A stretch of DNA of 64,000 nucleotides, taken from positions 5,159 through 69,158 of the forward strand of contig JADKBO010000004.1 in the NCBI GenBank assembly GCA_016715105.1, written 5' to 3'. Under the pieces are notes generated by a model. That model searched no databases. It was not told the DNA's origin and saw only the letters and a list, made by a program, of their open reading frames with translations. Source of the stretch: Saprospiraceae bacterium. GTDB lineage: Bacteria; Bacteroidota; Bacteroidia; Chitinophagales; Saprospiraceae. Both the position numbers and the translations under genes were made by a program. This document shows positions 49,464 to 58,612 of the stretch, piece by piece; the stretch's first letter is position 1; every line of letters begins with the position of its first letter.

Positions 49464-49995
49464 CCCATTTGTCTTGGATACGCATCACCTTCTCTACTAT
49501 TTCACGTACGCAGCCTTTGCCACCTTCCAATGGTGAAATATAATCGGCCTTACATAAAACATCATTTGCAGCATCTGCAGGACAAGCACTGATGCCAACA
49601 AATGGAAAAATCAACAAATCGGGGATATCATCTCCCATGAATAAGATTTCATCTTGTCCAATTTGATATCGATCCTTGATTTCAGATAATGCAATTCCTT
49701 TGTCTTGGACCATGTCAAAAATCTCCGTTAAGCCCAAAAGTTGGAATCTCTTTTTTACGCCTGTTGAAGCACCTTTTGTGATGACAAATACTTTGTAACC
49801 TGCATCTAATGCGAATTTGATTCCTTGTCCATCACGAGTATTCATGATTCTCAGAAATTCACCTTGCTCAGTCACTAGCAAACTTCCGTCTGTAAATACG
49901 CCATCTACATCAAAGATGAAGGTGGTAATTGCATTAAATTTAGAATGGTCTATCAACAGCTGAGGTTTATGATTATTGATTATCTCTCCATTCAT
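49456..49995 (-). CDS. kdsC: HAD-IIIA phosphatase, KDO-8-phosphate phosphatase-like
   Basis: Motifs FIFDVDGVFTDG, GIKFALDAGYKVFVITK and MGDDIPD. The start is placed at the internal Met (MNGEII). The upstream part of the ORF overlaps iscX. Confidence 0.75.
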   Translation of the reverse strand: MNGEIINNHKPQLLIDHSKFNAITTFIFDVDGVFTDGSLLVTEQGEFLRIMNTRDGQGIKFALDAGYKVFVITKGASTGVKKRFQLLGLTEIFDMVQDKGIALSEIKDRYQIGQDEILFMGDDIPDLLIFPFVGISACPADAANDVLCKADYISPLEGGKGCVREIVEKVMRIQDKWVV

Positions 49996-50218
49996 AAACC
50001 CATTTGGCCTGGATTTGCTCCAAATGACCTTCTGTGCAATCTTCCCTTTTACCAACAAAGGTTGGAATTTCTAAAATCCACTCAATGAGATCAGTGAATC
50101 GAATTCTGTAAATTCTTGATTCACCAAAGTCATCACCAAATTTTTCGTATAATTTTATTGCAACATCCTCATGGTCAGACCATTGGATGGGAAGATTTTC
50201 TATTCCTTCAAAACTCAT
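49973..50218 (-). CDS. iscX: IscX-like Fe-S assembly accessory protein
   Basis: 81 aa. The pattern IQWSDHEDVAIKLYEKF...IRFTDLIEWILEIPTF...LEQIQAKW parallels IscX/YfhJ. It sits directly downstream of a [2Fe-2S] ferredoxin gene. Confidence 0.7.
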   Translation of the reverse strand: MSFEGIENLPIQWSDHEDVAIKLYEKFGDDFGESRIYRIRFTDLIEWILEIPTFVGKREDCTEGHLEQIQAKWVYEWRDNQ

Positions 50219-50234
50219 ATCTTATGATTGATTT

Positions 50235-50576
50235 TTAATGTTCGTGTCCAATAATCCTGTTTTGATCCGGTATTTGCACAACAATATCGGCATCTTCATC
50301 GAGAATGATACATTGACAGGCTAGCCTGGATTCAAGTTTAGGATTGATCGCCCGATCTATAAAATCTTCTTCCTTATCAGAAATCTCTTCTACCTGATCT
50401 TCTCCCTTCAAAACATAGATGTGACAAGTGCTGCAAGCACAAACTCCACCGCAATTGTGATTTAGGTGAATGTCATGATCTTCCGTCACTTCCAAAATGG
50501 AATATCCTTCCTCGACTTGTTCTATGACTTTTGTCTCAATAGACGAGTCTTCAAACGTAAATGTAATTTTTGCCAT
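50235..50576 (-). CDS. fdx: [2Fe-2S] ferredoxin (adrenodoxin/ISC Fdx type)
   Basis: 113 aa with the cluster ligand pattern CGGVCACSTCH...C (Cx5CxxC...C). Confidence 0.9.
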   Translation of the reverse strand: MAKITFTFEDSSIETKVIEQVEEGYSILEVTEDHDIHLNHNCGGVCACSTCHIYVLKGEDQVEEISDKEEDFIDRAINPKLESRLACQCIILDEDADIVVQIPDQNRIIGHEH

Positions 50577-50788
50577 ATGCTTATTAAAACCGCAAAAGTA
50601 AGCGATTCATTTTTGTATCTGTTAAAATATTCAACTTTAAATATTTTTAAATCGTTCCGGTTCCTTGTTTTCTATGAAAAATATAACATTTCTATGGATC
50701 TTTTAAAAATAATCTATCGATGTTCTTATTCAAAAACAAAATAGTTATATATTGTTTTGATCGTATTGTTAACTAACCAACAGTGTAT

Positions 50789-51442
50789 ATGAATTTATCC
50801 CAAACTCCTATCATTGCTATTATTGAAGATGACGTTTCTTTTGCCCATTATTTGAAAAAGCTTTTTTTGGGAAAGGGTGTAAAAGTCGTCGGTCTTGCTC
50901 ATAGTGTAAAAGAATTTTTGCTGGATACTACCATACCTTTTGAAGAAATACAATGTATCTTATTGGATATCAACCTTTCAGGTGGTGAAATTGGAATTGA
51001 TCAGATACCTCAAATCAAAAAAAAGGCTCCCGAAGTTGATATCATTGTCCTTACCATGCACGATGAAGCTAAGTTTATTTTCCAAGCTTTGTGCAATGGT
51101 GCGCTGGGTTACCTCACCAAAGGCACAGGTTTTGATGAAATTCACAAAAGTGTAATTGATGTCATCAATGGTGGTTCTGCAATGACGCCTAGTATTGCCC
51201 GCAAGGTCGTTGATTTTTTTGTAGAGCAGTCTCCTTCTTCAGGTTTCAATGATCTTTCGACCAGGGAATTTGACATTGTTATTGGTATCAAGGATGGCCT
51301 CAGTTATAAACTCATCGCCGATCGATATGGCCTCAGCATTGATGGAGTGAGATTTCATGTCAAGAACATTTACAAAAAACTCCACGTCAATAGCAAAGGC
51401 GAAGTGATCAATGCTTATTTCCAAAGCCAAAGCAGAAAATAA
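50789..51442 (+). CDS. Response regulator, LuxR/NarL-type DNA-binding output (orphan)
   Basis: It has a receiver domain (IIAIIEDD, ILLDINLSGG, phospho-acceptor Asp context) and a C-terminal LuxR HTH (LSTREFDIVIGIKDGLSYKLIADRYGLSIDGVRFHVKNIYKKL). No histidine kinase gene is adjacent. Confidence 0.9.
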   Translation: MNLSQTPIIAIIEDDVSFAHYLKKLFLGKGVKVVGLAHSVKEFLLDTTIPFEEIQCILLDINLSGGEIGIDQIPQIKKKAPEVDIIVLTMHDEAKFIFQALCNGALGYLTKGTGFDEIHKSVIDVINGGSAMTPSIARKVVDFFVEQSPSSGFNDLSTREFDIVIGIKDGLSYKLIADRYGLSIDGVRFHVKNIYKKLHVNSKGEVINAYFQSQSRK

Positions 51443-51461
51443 AAGGACTTTGCCCCAGTGA

Positions 51462-52736
51462 TTAGACAATCATACCTGCGGCTACCGTATTATTTGTGCC
51501 TTCATCAATCAAAATGACGCTACCTGTGATCCTGTTGCGGCTATATTGATCAATAACCAGTGGTGTTGTTGTTTTGATTTTGATACAAGCTATGTCATTC
51601 ATCTTTATCAACTTACTTTCAGTGTCTTGAGATAAGTCATTGACATTCAATTTGTAAATGATATCTTTTACTACGCATCTAGCTTCTCTGGTAGTATGTC
51701 TGATGGCATACTTAGTTTGTTGATTTAAGGGACTTGACTGGTCAAACCAACAGATCATAAGTTCCAAGTCCTGAACACTTTGAGGTTCTAAACCTGTCTT
51801 GACCAACATATCACCTCTACTGATATCCACATCATCTTCTAGTTCAATTGCAACAGACATTGGAGGGTATGCTTCTTGAATCGCATCTTTATATAAATTG
51901 ATTTTTGCTATTTTCGAAGTATGACCTGATGGTAAAACGGTCACATCATCGCCCACTTTGAGGACACCTCCAGCCACTCTGCCGGCATATCCTCGGAAGT
52001 CATGGAATTCATCTGTATTGGGTCTGATGACATATTGCACAGGAAATCTTGCATCTTCAAAGTTCCTATCATTGGTAATTTTTACATTTTCGAGATAGTC
52101 CATCAAAGTTGTGGCTGTATACCAAGGCATGTTTTCTGAAGGTGTCACAATGTTGTCACCTTTTAAAGCAGAAATAGGAATGAATGTGATGTCTTTCACG
52201 TGCAAAGTAGCCGCGAAATCCAGATAATCTTGTTTTACCTGATTGTATACCGCTTCGTCATAATTCACCAAGTCCATTTTGTTGATACATACAACCAAAT
52301 GAGGAATTTGTAACAAAGAAGAAATGATGGAGTGTCTTTTTGTTTGTTCGATGACTCCGTTTCTGGCGTCCACCAATATCAATGAAACATTACTGGTAGA
52401 AGAACCAGTCACCATGTTGCATGTATATTGGATGTGTCCTGGAGTGTCGGCAATGATAAACTTTCTTTTTGGTGTAGAGAAATATCTGTAAGCCACGTCA
52501 ATAGTGATGCCTTGTTCACGTTCTGCTTTAAGCCCATCTGTGAGTAAGGCAAGATTTACTCCTGATTCTCCTCTCTTTTTGCTCGATTCTTCGATGGCAT
52601 CGTATTGATCCTGAAAGATAGATTTACTATCATAAAGTAACCTTCCGATCAATGTTGACTTTCCGTCGTCTACAGATCCGGCGGTGGAAAATCTCAATAA
52701 TTCTGAATCCAAAGAATAATCTATATCTGCTATCAT
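51462..52736 (-). CDS. cysN: Sulfate adenylyltransferase subunit 1 (GTPase)
   Basis: 424 aa with GTPase motifs (GSVDDGKST, DTPGH, NKMD). There is no fused APS kinase domain. Confidence 0.95.
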   Translation of the reverse strand: MIADIDYSLDSELLRFSTAGSVDDGKSTLIGRLLYDSKSIFQDQYDAIEESSKKRGESGVNLALLTDGLKAEREQGITIDVAYRYFSTPKRKFIIADTPGHIQYTCNMVTGSSTSNVSLILVDARNGVIEQTKRHSIISSLLQIPHLVVCINKMDLVNYDEAVYNQVKQDYLDFAATLHVKDITFIPISALKGDNIVTPSENMPWYTATTLMDYLENVKITNDRNFEDARFPVQYVIRPNTDEFHDFRGYAGRVAGGVLKVGDDVTVLPSGHTSKIAKINLYKDAIQEAYPPMSVAIELEDDVDISRGDMLVKTGLEPQSVQDLELMICWFDQSSPLNQQTKYAIRHTTREARCVVKDIIYKLNVNDLSQDTESKLIKMNDIACIKIKTTTPLVIDQYSRNRITGSVILIDEGTNNTVAAGMIV

Positions 52737-52793
52737 TATTTTCTTTTTTATAAAATTGGAATGTTTGTGAAATTTGCTTGGTCTGTGAAAAGA

Positions 52794-53696
52794 TTAAAAA
52801 TACCCTTGTCTTTTTCGATCTTCCATTGCAGTTTCACTTCTTTTGTCATCGGTTCTACCACCTCTTTCAGTAATTCTACTAGTTGCAACCTCTGCAATAA
52901 TTTCTTGTAAACTTATTGCATTTGATTTCCAAACTCCTGTACAAGTCATATCACCAATCGTGCGACATCTGATGGTCTCAACAAAAACTTGTTCGTGAGG
53001 CTTTTTGATGATGTAATCGCAGTCAGCCAATAACATTCCATCTCTTTCAAAAACTGGTCTTTCGTGTGCAAAGTATAAATTGGGTAGGGGAAAGCCTTCC
53101 ATTTCAAAATACAACCAAACATCCAATTCTGTCCAGTTTGAAATTGGGAAAACCCTGAAATGCTCTCCGAAATTTTTCTTACCATTGAATAAATTCCACA
53201 ATTCTGGTCTTTGATTCTTAGGATCCCATTGTCCAAATTCATCCCTGTGTGAAAAAAATCTTTCTTTTGCCCTTGCTTTCTCTTCGTCTCTTCTTCCTCC
53301 ACCCAAAGCAGCATCGTATTTGCCCTTTTCTAGCTCGTCCAGCAAAGTAAATGTCTGAAGAAAGTTACGACTCGCATTATAACCCTTTTCTTCCTTCACC
53401 AATCCCTTGTCAATTGCTTCTTGTACGTATCCAACTTTCATACTTAATCCGTAGTTTTCTACGAGCCAATCTCTGTAATCCAGCGTTTCTTGAAAGTTGT
53501 GACCTGTGTCTATATGTAATAAAGGAAATGGAACCCTTGCTGGATAAAAAGCCTTGATTGCCAGATAAGTCAGCAGTATGCTATCCTTTCCGCCAGAAAA
53601 AAGAATCACTGGATTTTGGAACTGAGAGGCTACTTCTCTCATGATGAATATGGATTCTGATTCCAATTCTCTTAAATAGTCAAATTTGTAATCCAT
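52794..53696 (-). CDS. cysD: Sulfate adenylyltransferase subunit 2
   Basis: 300 aa with PAPS-reductase-like fold motifs (ILFSGGKDS, HIDTGHNF) and a conserved C-terminus (RGGRTDDKRSETAMEDRKRQGYF). Confidence 0.95.
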   Translation of the reverse strand: MDYKFDYLRELESESIFIMREVASQFQNPVILFSGGKDSILLTYLAIKAFYPARVPFPLLHIDTGHNFQETLDYRDWLVENYGLSMKVGYVQEAIDKGLVKEEKGYNASRNFLQTFTLLDELEKGKYDAALGGGRRDEEKARAKERFFSHRDEFGQWDPKNQRPELWNLFNGKKNFGEHFRVFPISNWTELDVWLYFEMEGFPLPNLYFAHERPVFERDGMLLADCDYIIKKPHEQVFVETIRCRTIGDMTCTGVWKSNAISLQEIIAEVATSRITERGGRTDDKRSETAMEDRKRQGYF

Positions 53697-53702
53697 TGGT
53701 AT

Positions 53703-54284
53703 TTATTTTTTGAGAAAGCTGATCAAGGTTTCTACGCCTTCGTCAACACTGATGTTTGTTGTGTCAATGATAATGTCTGGGTTGATTGGGGGTTCAAATG
53801 GAGAATCAATTCCTGAAAAGTCCTTGATCAATCCTGCTCTAGCTTTTTGGTATAATCCTTTTACATCTCTTTTTTCACATTCCGTAATATCGGTAGATAC
53901 AAATATCTCAATGAAATCTTCTGATCCTATGATATTTTTTGCCATTTTCCTGATGTCGTTGGTAGGAGACACAAAGCTACAAAGTACAATCTGTCCGTTT
54001 TCTTTAAACAACTTGGCAACTTCTGCAATTCTCCTGATGTTTTCAGTCCGATCTTCGATGCTGAATCCTAGGTTGTTGCAGATTCCTGTTCTTACATTGT
54101 CGCCATCCAAAAGCATGGTTGATTTACCTTCTTGGTATAATCTATTTTCCAAGGCAACTGCCAAGGTACTTTTTCCAGATCCAGATAAACCTGTGAACCA
54201 CAAGACCCTTCCAATCTGGCCGAGTCGCAATTCTCTGTCAGATCTTGAGATCATTTTGTCATAAATTGGATAAATTTCTGTCAT
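53703..54284 (-). CDS. cysC: Adenylylsulfate (APS) kinase
   Basis: P-loop FTGLSGSGKST, then LDGDNVR and FVSP motifs. The start at MTEIYPIY gives an ATGA overlap with the upstream DUF2061 stop codon (54284-54281). Confidence 0.9.
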   Translation of the reverse strand: MTEIYPIYDKMISRSDRELRLGQIGRVLWFTGLSGSGKSTLAVALENRLYQEGKSTMLLDGDNVRTGICNNLGFSIEDRTENIRRIAEVAKLFKENGQIVLCSFVSPTNDIRKMAKNIIGSEDFIEIFVSTDITECEKRDVKGLYQKARAGLIKDFSGIDSPFEPPINPDIIIDTTNISVDEGVETLISFLKK

Positions 54285-54634
54285 CTGCCTAGAAATCTTT
54301 TTTTCAAAACTCTGATGGTTCCCTTTGGTACCAATTCCCATGCACGTTCGTGCAAGTAATACAACAATATTTTACCCAAGAACTCAATACCACCAACTGT
54401 CAAAGCCATTCCTATTTCACCAGTTACAAAATAGGCAATTGTAATAGTAGTTGCCGTAGCGAAAATACGCCAAGTCAATCCTTTGAGAACACTTCTCAAG
54501 TGAGATTCGTGAAAGTGTGCTTTCTCAAATTCTTTCTGGCGTTCTAATTCTTTATTGAGATATTCTTGAGTCATTTCTGGCGTCATTTCTACCTGCGTTT
54601 CTTCCGCTGTACTTGTATTAAAATCCATTGACAC
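54281..54634 (-). CDS. DUF2061-family small membrane protein
   Basis: 117 aa with the two-TM core LKGLTWRIFATATTITIAYFVTGEIGMALTVGGIEFLGKILLYYLHERAWE. It is embedded in the sulfate assimilation operon. Confidence 0.8.
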   Translation of the reverse strand: MSMDFNTSTAEETQVEMTPEMTQEYLNKELERQKEFEKAHFHESHLRSVLKGLTWRIFATATTITIAYFVTGEIGMALTVGGIEFLGKILLYYLHERAWELVPKGTIRVLKKRFLGR

Positions 54635-55622
54635 CTGCTACAGTTGTATACTTGAAACTTAATTTTTGATCTGGATGGATGTATCTGAAGGCTGATTGAA
54701 CCATCATGGTACCTTCATGAAATCCACAAAGAATGAGTTTCAATTTACCAGGGTAGGTATTGATATCGCCAATGGCATAAATTCCTGGAATATTGGTGCT
54801 GTAGTCAAAGGTATTTACCTTGATTGCATTATCTTCTATTTCCAGATTCCACTCTCCAATTGGTCCAAGTTTGGGCGCAAGTCCAAAAAGTGGTACAAAA
54901 TGGTCAACAGGAACGGCATAATTTTCTTTTCCTTCTTCTTCAACAACTACTTCATTGAGTACTCCGTTTCCATTCAAACCAATCGCTTGAGCGTTGGTAA
55001 TCAAATTGATACGTCCACTGGTCGCCAATTCATGTACTTTTTCTACAGAATCCAAAGCTCCTCTGAAGGATGTTCTTCTGTGTAAAAGGGTTACTTCTTC
55101 GGCAATGTCTGCCAAAATGATTGTCCAGTCCAATGCTGAGTCTCCACCACCAGCAACCAAAACTTTTTTGCCTTGATATTTCTGAGGATCTTTGATGATA
55201 TAATCCACACCTCGGTCTTCGAAATGCTCAATATTGGCAATAGGTGGTTTGCGGGGCTCAAAACAGCCGAGGCCGCCCGCGATGGCAATGACAGGTGCAA
55301 ATATTTCTGTTCCTTTACTGGTTGTCAACTTAAACAACTTGTCTTCTACTTGCTCTATTTTTTCAGCTCGTTCGCCAAGAGTAAATTCTGGTTTGAATGG
55401 CTCGATTTGTTTCATCAAATTATCAACCAGTTCTCCTGCAAGTACACTGGGATATCCAGGAATATCATATATAGGTTTCTTTGGGTAGATCTCTGTAAGT
55501 TGTCCCCCCGGCAATGGTAGACTGTCAATAAGGTGACAGTGAAGCTTTAGCAAACCTGCTTCAAAAACGGTGAATAAACCTACAGGCCCAGCGCCTACAA
55601 TGATGATATCTGTTTTATTCAT
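54618..55622 (-). CDS. Thioredoxin-reductase-like ferredoxin-NADP+ reductase (YumC type)
   Basis: 334 aa with FAD and NADPH folds (IIVGAGPVGLF, LPGGQLTEIYPKKPIYDIPGYP, VLVAGGGDSALDW). The CxxC of true thioredoxin reductases is absent. Confidence 0.85.
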   Translation of the reverse strand: MNKTDIIIVGAGPVGLFTVFEAGLLKLHCHLIDSLPLPGGQLTEIYPKKPIYDIPGYPSVLAGELVDNLMKQIEPFKPEFTLGERAEKIEQVEDKLFKLTTSKGTEIFAPVIAIAGGLGCFEPRKPPIANIEHFEDRGVDYIIKDPQKYQGKKVLVAGGGDSALDWTIILADIAEEVTLLHRRTSFRGALDSVEKVHELATSGRINLITNAQAIGLNGNGVLNEVVVEEEGKENYAVPVDHFVPLFGLAPKLGPIGEWNLEIEDNAIKVNTFDYSTNIPGIYAIGDINTYPGKLKLILCGFHEGTMMVQSAFRYIHPDQKLSFKYTTVAGVNGF

Positions 55623-55662
55623 ATTTAAAACTTTACTTTGATGGTATGATGTTTGTTTAAGT

Positions 55663-56406
55663 TTATTTATTACTATTTTTCGGATGCTCTATGAGTATAG
55701 ATGTGTGTAATCCACATTCTGTTTTTTCACTGCCTACCCAACGACCTTCTCGACCAACGCCTTTGAATGTACAATATTTGCAACCAATTGACCCATAACC
55801 TTGTAACGTAAGAGGGTGTACTGGCAAATCAAAGTCCTTGGTCAATTTTACCGCTTCATATTCGTCAATATCAATGATCGGGTGGAACTTGATGATGTCG
55901 CCACTTTCTTCAAAAACCCTCAAGTTTGCTCTGTGTGGTGTTTGAAAGCCCATCACACCACTGACCCAAACTTTAAAATTTGGTAATATTTGCTCCAATG
56001 GATTGACCTTGTTGATCTGGCAGCAGTCATTGGGTTTGTCGATCCACCATTGTTCTTTTGTCGTTACAGCATGATCATCGAGATCTGGATGGAGGTCTTC
56101 AACCTGCATGCCAAGTGCACTTTGGAATTGATTCTTAAAGGCCAAAGTTTCAGGAAAATGATATCCAGTATCAATAAAGTGTATTTTTTGAGCTGGATTA
56201 ATTTCAGAAAAAATATAAAGGATCAAGGCAGAATTTCCACCAAATGACGAAGTAAGCAATATTTCATCCTTCGGAAAAAAATCATACAGCTTCTCAATTC
56301 TTTGTCTGAAATCCAAAGGTGCAAAAATCTCGTTGAGCTCATTGACTTGGGTAATCAGTGCTGAATTGGTAGTAGCTACCTCTTTTGTATGTAAATCAAG
56401 TGCCAT
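55663..56406 (-). CDS. cysH: Assimilatory APS/PAPS reductase with Fe-S cluster Cys motifs
   Basis: 247 aa with ECGLH near the C-terminus plus the CC...CxxC pattern (DCCQINKV and GCKYCT) typical of [4Fe-4S]-containing APS-reductase-type CysH. Confidence 0.9.
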   Translation of the reverse strand: MALDLHTKEVATTNSALITQVNELNEIFAPLDFRQRIEKLYDFFPKDEILLTSSFGGNSALILYIFSEINPAQKIHFIDTGYHFPETLAFKNQFQSALGMQVEDLHPDLDDHAVTTKEQWWIDKPNDCCQINKVNPLEQILPNFKVWVSGVMGFQTPHRANLRVFEESGDIIKFHPIIDIDEYEAVKLTKDFDLPVHPLTLQGYGSIGCKYCTFKGVGREGRWVGSEKTECGLHTSILIEHPKNSNK

Positions 56407-56415
56407 TTTCGGATA

Positions 56416-58527
56416 CTATGCTTTATAATAACTTCCTATTACCTCTTTATCGCTCACTACTGCGACACTTCTTTTTTCTGTCACCTCTTTCAAAAAGTTA
56501 GTTGCATCTTGAATATAATTTGCAACAAAAGCTCTTTCTGGAGTATTTTCTTTCAACCTGAGTACAAAACTTACAAAGTCATTTCCACACGAAGTAATCT
56601 CCCCAGTTGCCACAAAATTAGTCTGAAAATCCTCCAATATTTTAATTTGCGTGTTGCAAGCTATATCAGCGGCCAAAAGTAGTGCTTTTGCACCAATCAC
56701 AAAGGTATTGTAAGCATGATATACAGCATCTTTTTCTGAATCATTGGCCAAGGCTAGTTTTGCAAGGCTTATTTTTTGCTCTGCTTCACCCAAAATCAGT
56801 CCAACCATGTCCGTCATCACACCCGCACACTCGCCAACTCCAATTGCTTGTATGTATTGACCTTCATGACCCCAATCGCTCAATTCATCTTCGGTGATGT
56901 CATCAAGTGAAGCCAATGGTTTTAATAAATTGTAGTAATATTTACTGTCCAAGCTTCTTACATAATGGATGAATTCTGGATGGTTGCTTCCATTTTGGTG
57001 GTAGTCTTTCAAAATTACTCTTACTCCTTCAGGAATTCTTTTGGAGGGAAGTTTTATTACTTTATCTCCCATATATCCTGTGCCAGCTCTGTCAATGCCT
57101 CCACCAACTACGACTTGCATAGCAGGTATAACCATCTCACCTCTTTTAATTGAGCTACCATGGAATCCTATGCCTGAAGCCATATGCTGACCACAAGCGT
57201 TCATACAACCACTTATTTTTATGTCAATGTTTTTGGTCATGAGGAGCTCAGGATACTCTGATTTGATCATTGATTCCAATTCTGTAGCCAATGCTGTTGA
57301 ATTGGTAACTCCGAGATTACAAGTGTCAGTACCAGGACAAGCGGTTATGTCTCCAATGCTGTCTTGCCCATAATCCGCATAACCCAAAGCCTTCAATTCT
57401 AAGTATAAGGCTGCAAAATTAGCCTTGAGCACGTGTCTCAAAAGTAAATTTTGATTGATGGTTATCCGCACATCGTCAGCTGCATATTTTTTTATTATGG
57501 TTGCTAATTTTCTAGCATCTGCTGAAGGTATGTCTCCATTTGGAACCTTGATGTAGACACCAAAAAGTCCTTCTTGCTTTTGCTCGAATGTATTGGTAGA
57601 TACCCAATTGTGGTAATCTCTATCATTTTTTAATTGAGGATAATCAAAATCATCTACTTCAGTAGGGTAGATTGCAGTTTCATCGGCAACTTCAATTGGG
57701 ATGGAAATTTGAGCAAGTGATAACAATTCTTGGTTTACTAAATCCATAAAAGCCTCATTGCCCAATGATTTCACCAAAAACTTTAAACGAGCTTTGTGTC
57801 TCTTTTCTCTTTCACCATATCTGTCAAATACCCTCAAAGCTGCTTCCATAAAAGGCAAAATCTGATCTGTTGGCATAAATTCAGTAACTGTAAATGCTTC
57901 AATTGCTTGAGCACCCAATCCACCACCAACAACCAATTTAAAACCTTTTACTCCGTCTTTGATCCTGGCTATGAATCCAAAATCACTAAAGTAAGTATAT
58001 GCCGTATCATTATCAGTTCCAGAAAAAGCTGGTTTAATTTTTCTGCCCATTTCCTGGCAAATGGCATTTCTGAGGAAGTATTCAAAGGTTGCTTGAGCAT
58101 ATGGACTTACGTCAAATGCTTCTCCTTTTTGAATTCCAGCGGTAGGAGAGCCTGTTACATTTCTCACCGTGTTACCACAAGCTTCTCTTGCTGTAAGCCC
58201 TAAATGTGAAAGTCCTTCCCACACAGCAGGTGAATCCTTGAGCTTTACATAATGCAATTGAATGTTTTGTCTAGTGGTCAAGTGTAAATTGCTTGATCCA
58301 TATTGATCTGCCAGATCGGCAACACCTGCAATTTGACTTGTTGTTATCTTTCCATAAGGTATTTTGAGCCTGAACATTTGCACTCCAAATTGCCTTTGAC
58401 CATAAACGCCTCTGGTAAGTCTGAAGTGTTTGAATTTGTCTTCATCCTCTTTTCCAAGATAGTAGTTTGAGATCCTCTCTTGAAGTTCCTGGATGTCTGC
58501 AATATCTTCCTTATTTATTAACTCCAC
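56416..58527 (-). CDS. Siroheme/[4Fe-4S] sulfite reductase (ferredoxin-dependent Sir/NirA type) with a C-terminal extension
   Basis: 703 aa with NiR/SiR repeats and cluster ligands (ACPGTDTCNLG and SGCMNACGQH). About 150 helical residues extend beyond the usual end of the catalytic module. Confidence 0.9.
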   Translation of the reverse strand: MELINKEDIADIQELQERISNYYLGKEDEDKFKHFRLTRGVYGQRQFGVQMFRLKIPYGKITTSQIAGVADLADQYGSSNLHLTTRQNIQLHYVKLKDSPAVWEGLSHLGLTAREACGNTVRNVTGSPTAGIQKGEAFDVSPYAQATFEYFLRNAICQEMGRKIKPAFSGTDNDTAYTYFSDFGFIARIKDGVKGFKLVVGGGLGAQAIEAFTVTEFMPTDQILPFMEAALRVFDRYGEREKRHKARLKFLVKSLGNEAFMDLVNQELLSLAQISIPIEVADETAIYPTEVDDFDYPQLKNDRDYHNWVSTNTFEQKQEGLFGVYIKVPNGDIPSADARKLATIIKKYAADDVRITINQNLLLRHVLKANFAALYLELKALGYADYGQDSIGDITACPGTDTCNLGVTNSTALATELESMIKSEYPELLMTKNIDIKISGCMNACGQHMASGIGFHGSSIKRGEMVIPAMQVVVGGGIDRAGTGYMGDKVIKLPSKRIPEGVRVILKDYHQNGSNHPEFIHYVRSLDSKYYYNLLKPLASLDDITEDELSDWGHEGQYIQAIGVGECAGVMTDMVGLILGEAEQKISLAKLALANDSEKDAVYHAYNTFVIGAKALLLAADIACNTQIKILEDFQTNFVATGEITSCGNDFVSFVLRLKENTPERAFVANYIQDATNFLKEVTEKRSVAVVSDKEVIGSYYKA

Positions 58528-58612
58528 GTTATTTTCTTTTTATGTGATTGCTAATGTTATCTACCTTTCAATAAGTATCTAAAATTTTAAAACGCGACAA
58601 ATATAACTATAT

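Noticed and set aside
53710-54264. 184-aa plus-strand ORF spanning the whole of cysC on the opposite strand
   Set aside because: It is a mirror-frame ORF opposite a strongly conserved APS kinase. It is Ser/Leu-rich with no recognisable motifs, which is typical of an antisense artefact. The same reasoning applies to 54696-55085 and 55173-55520 (antisense to fnr), 57796-58203 (antisense to sir), 37390-37743 (antisense to copA), 13152-13484 (antisense to dusB) and 8409-8714 (antisense to the GltD-like gene).
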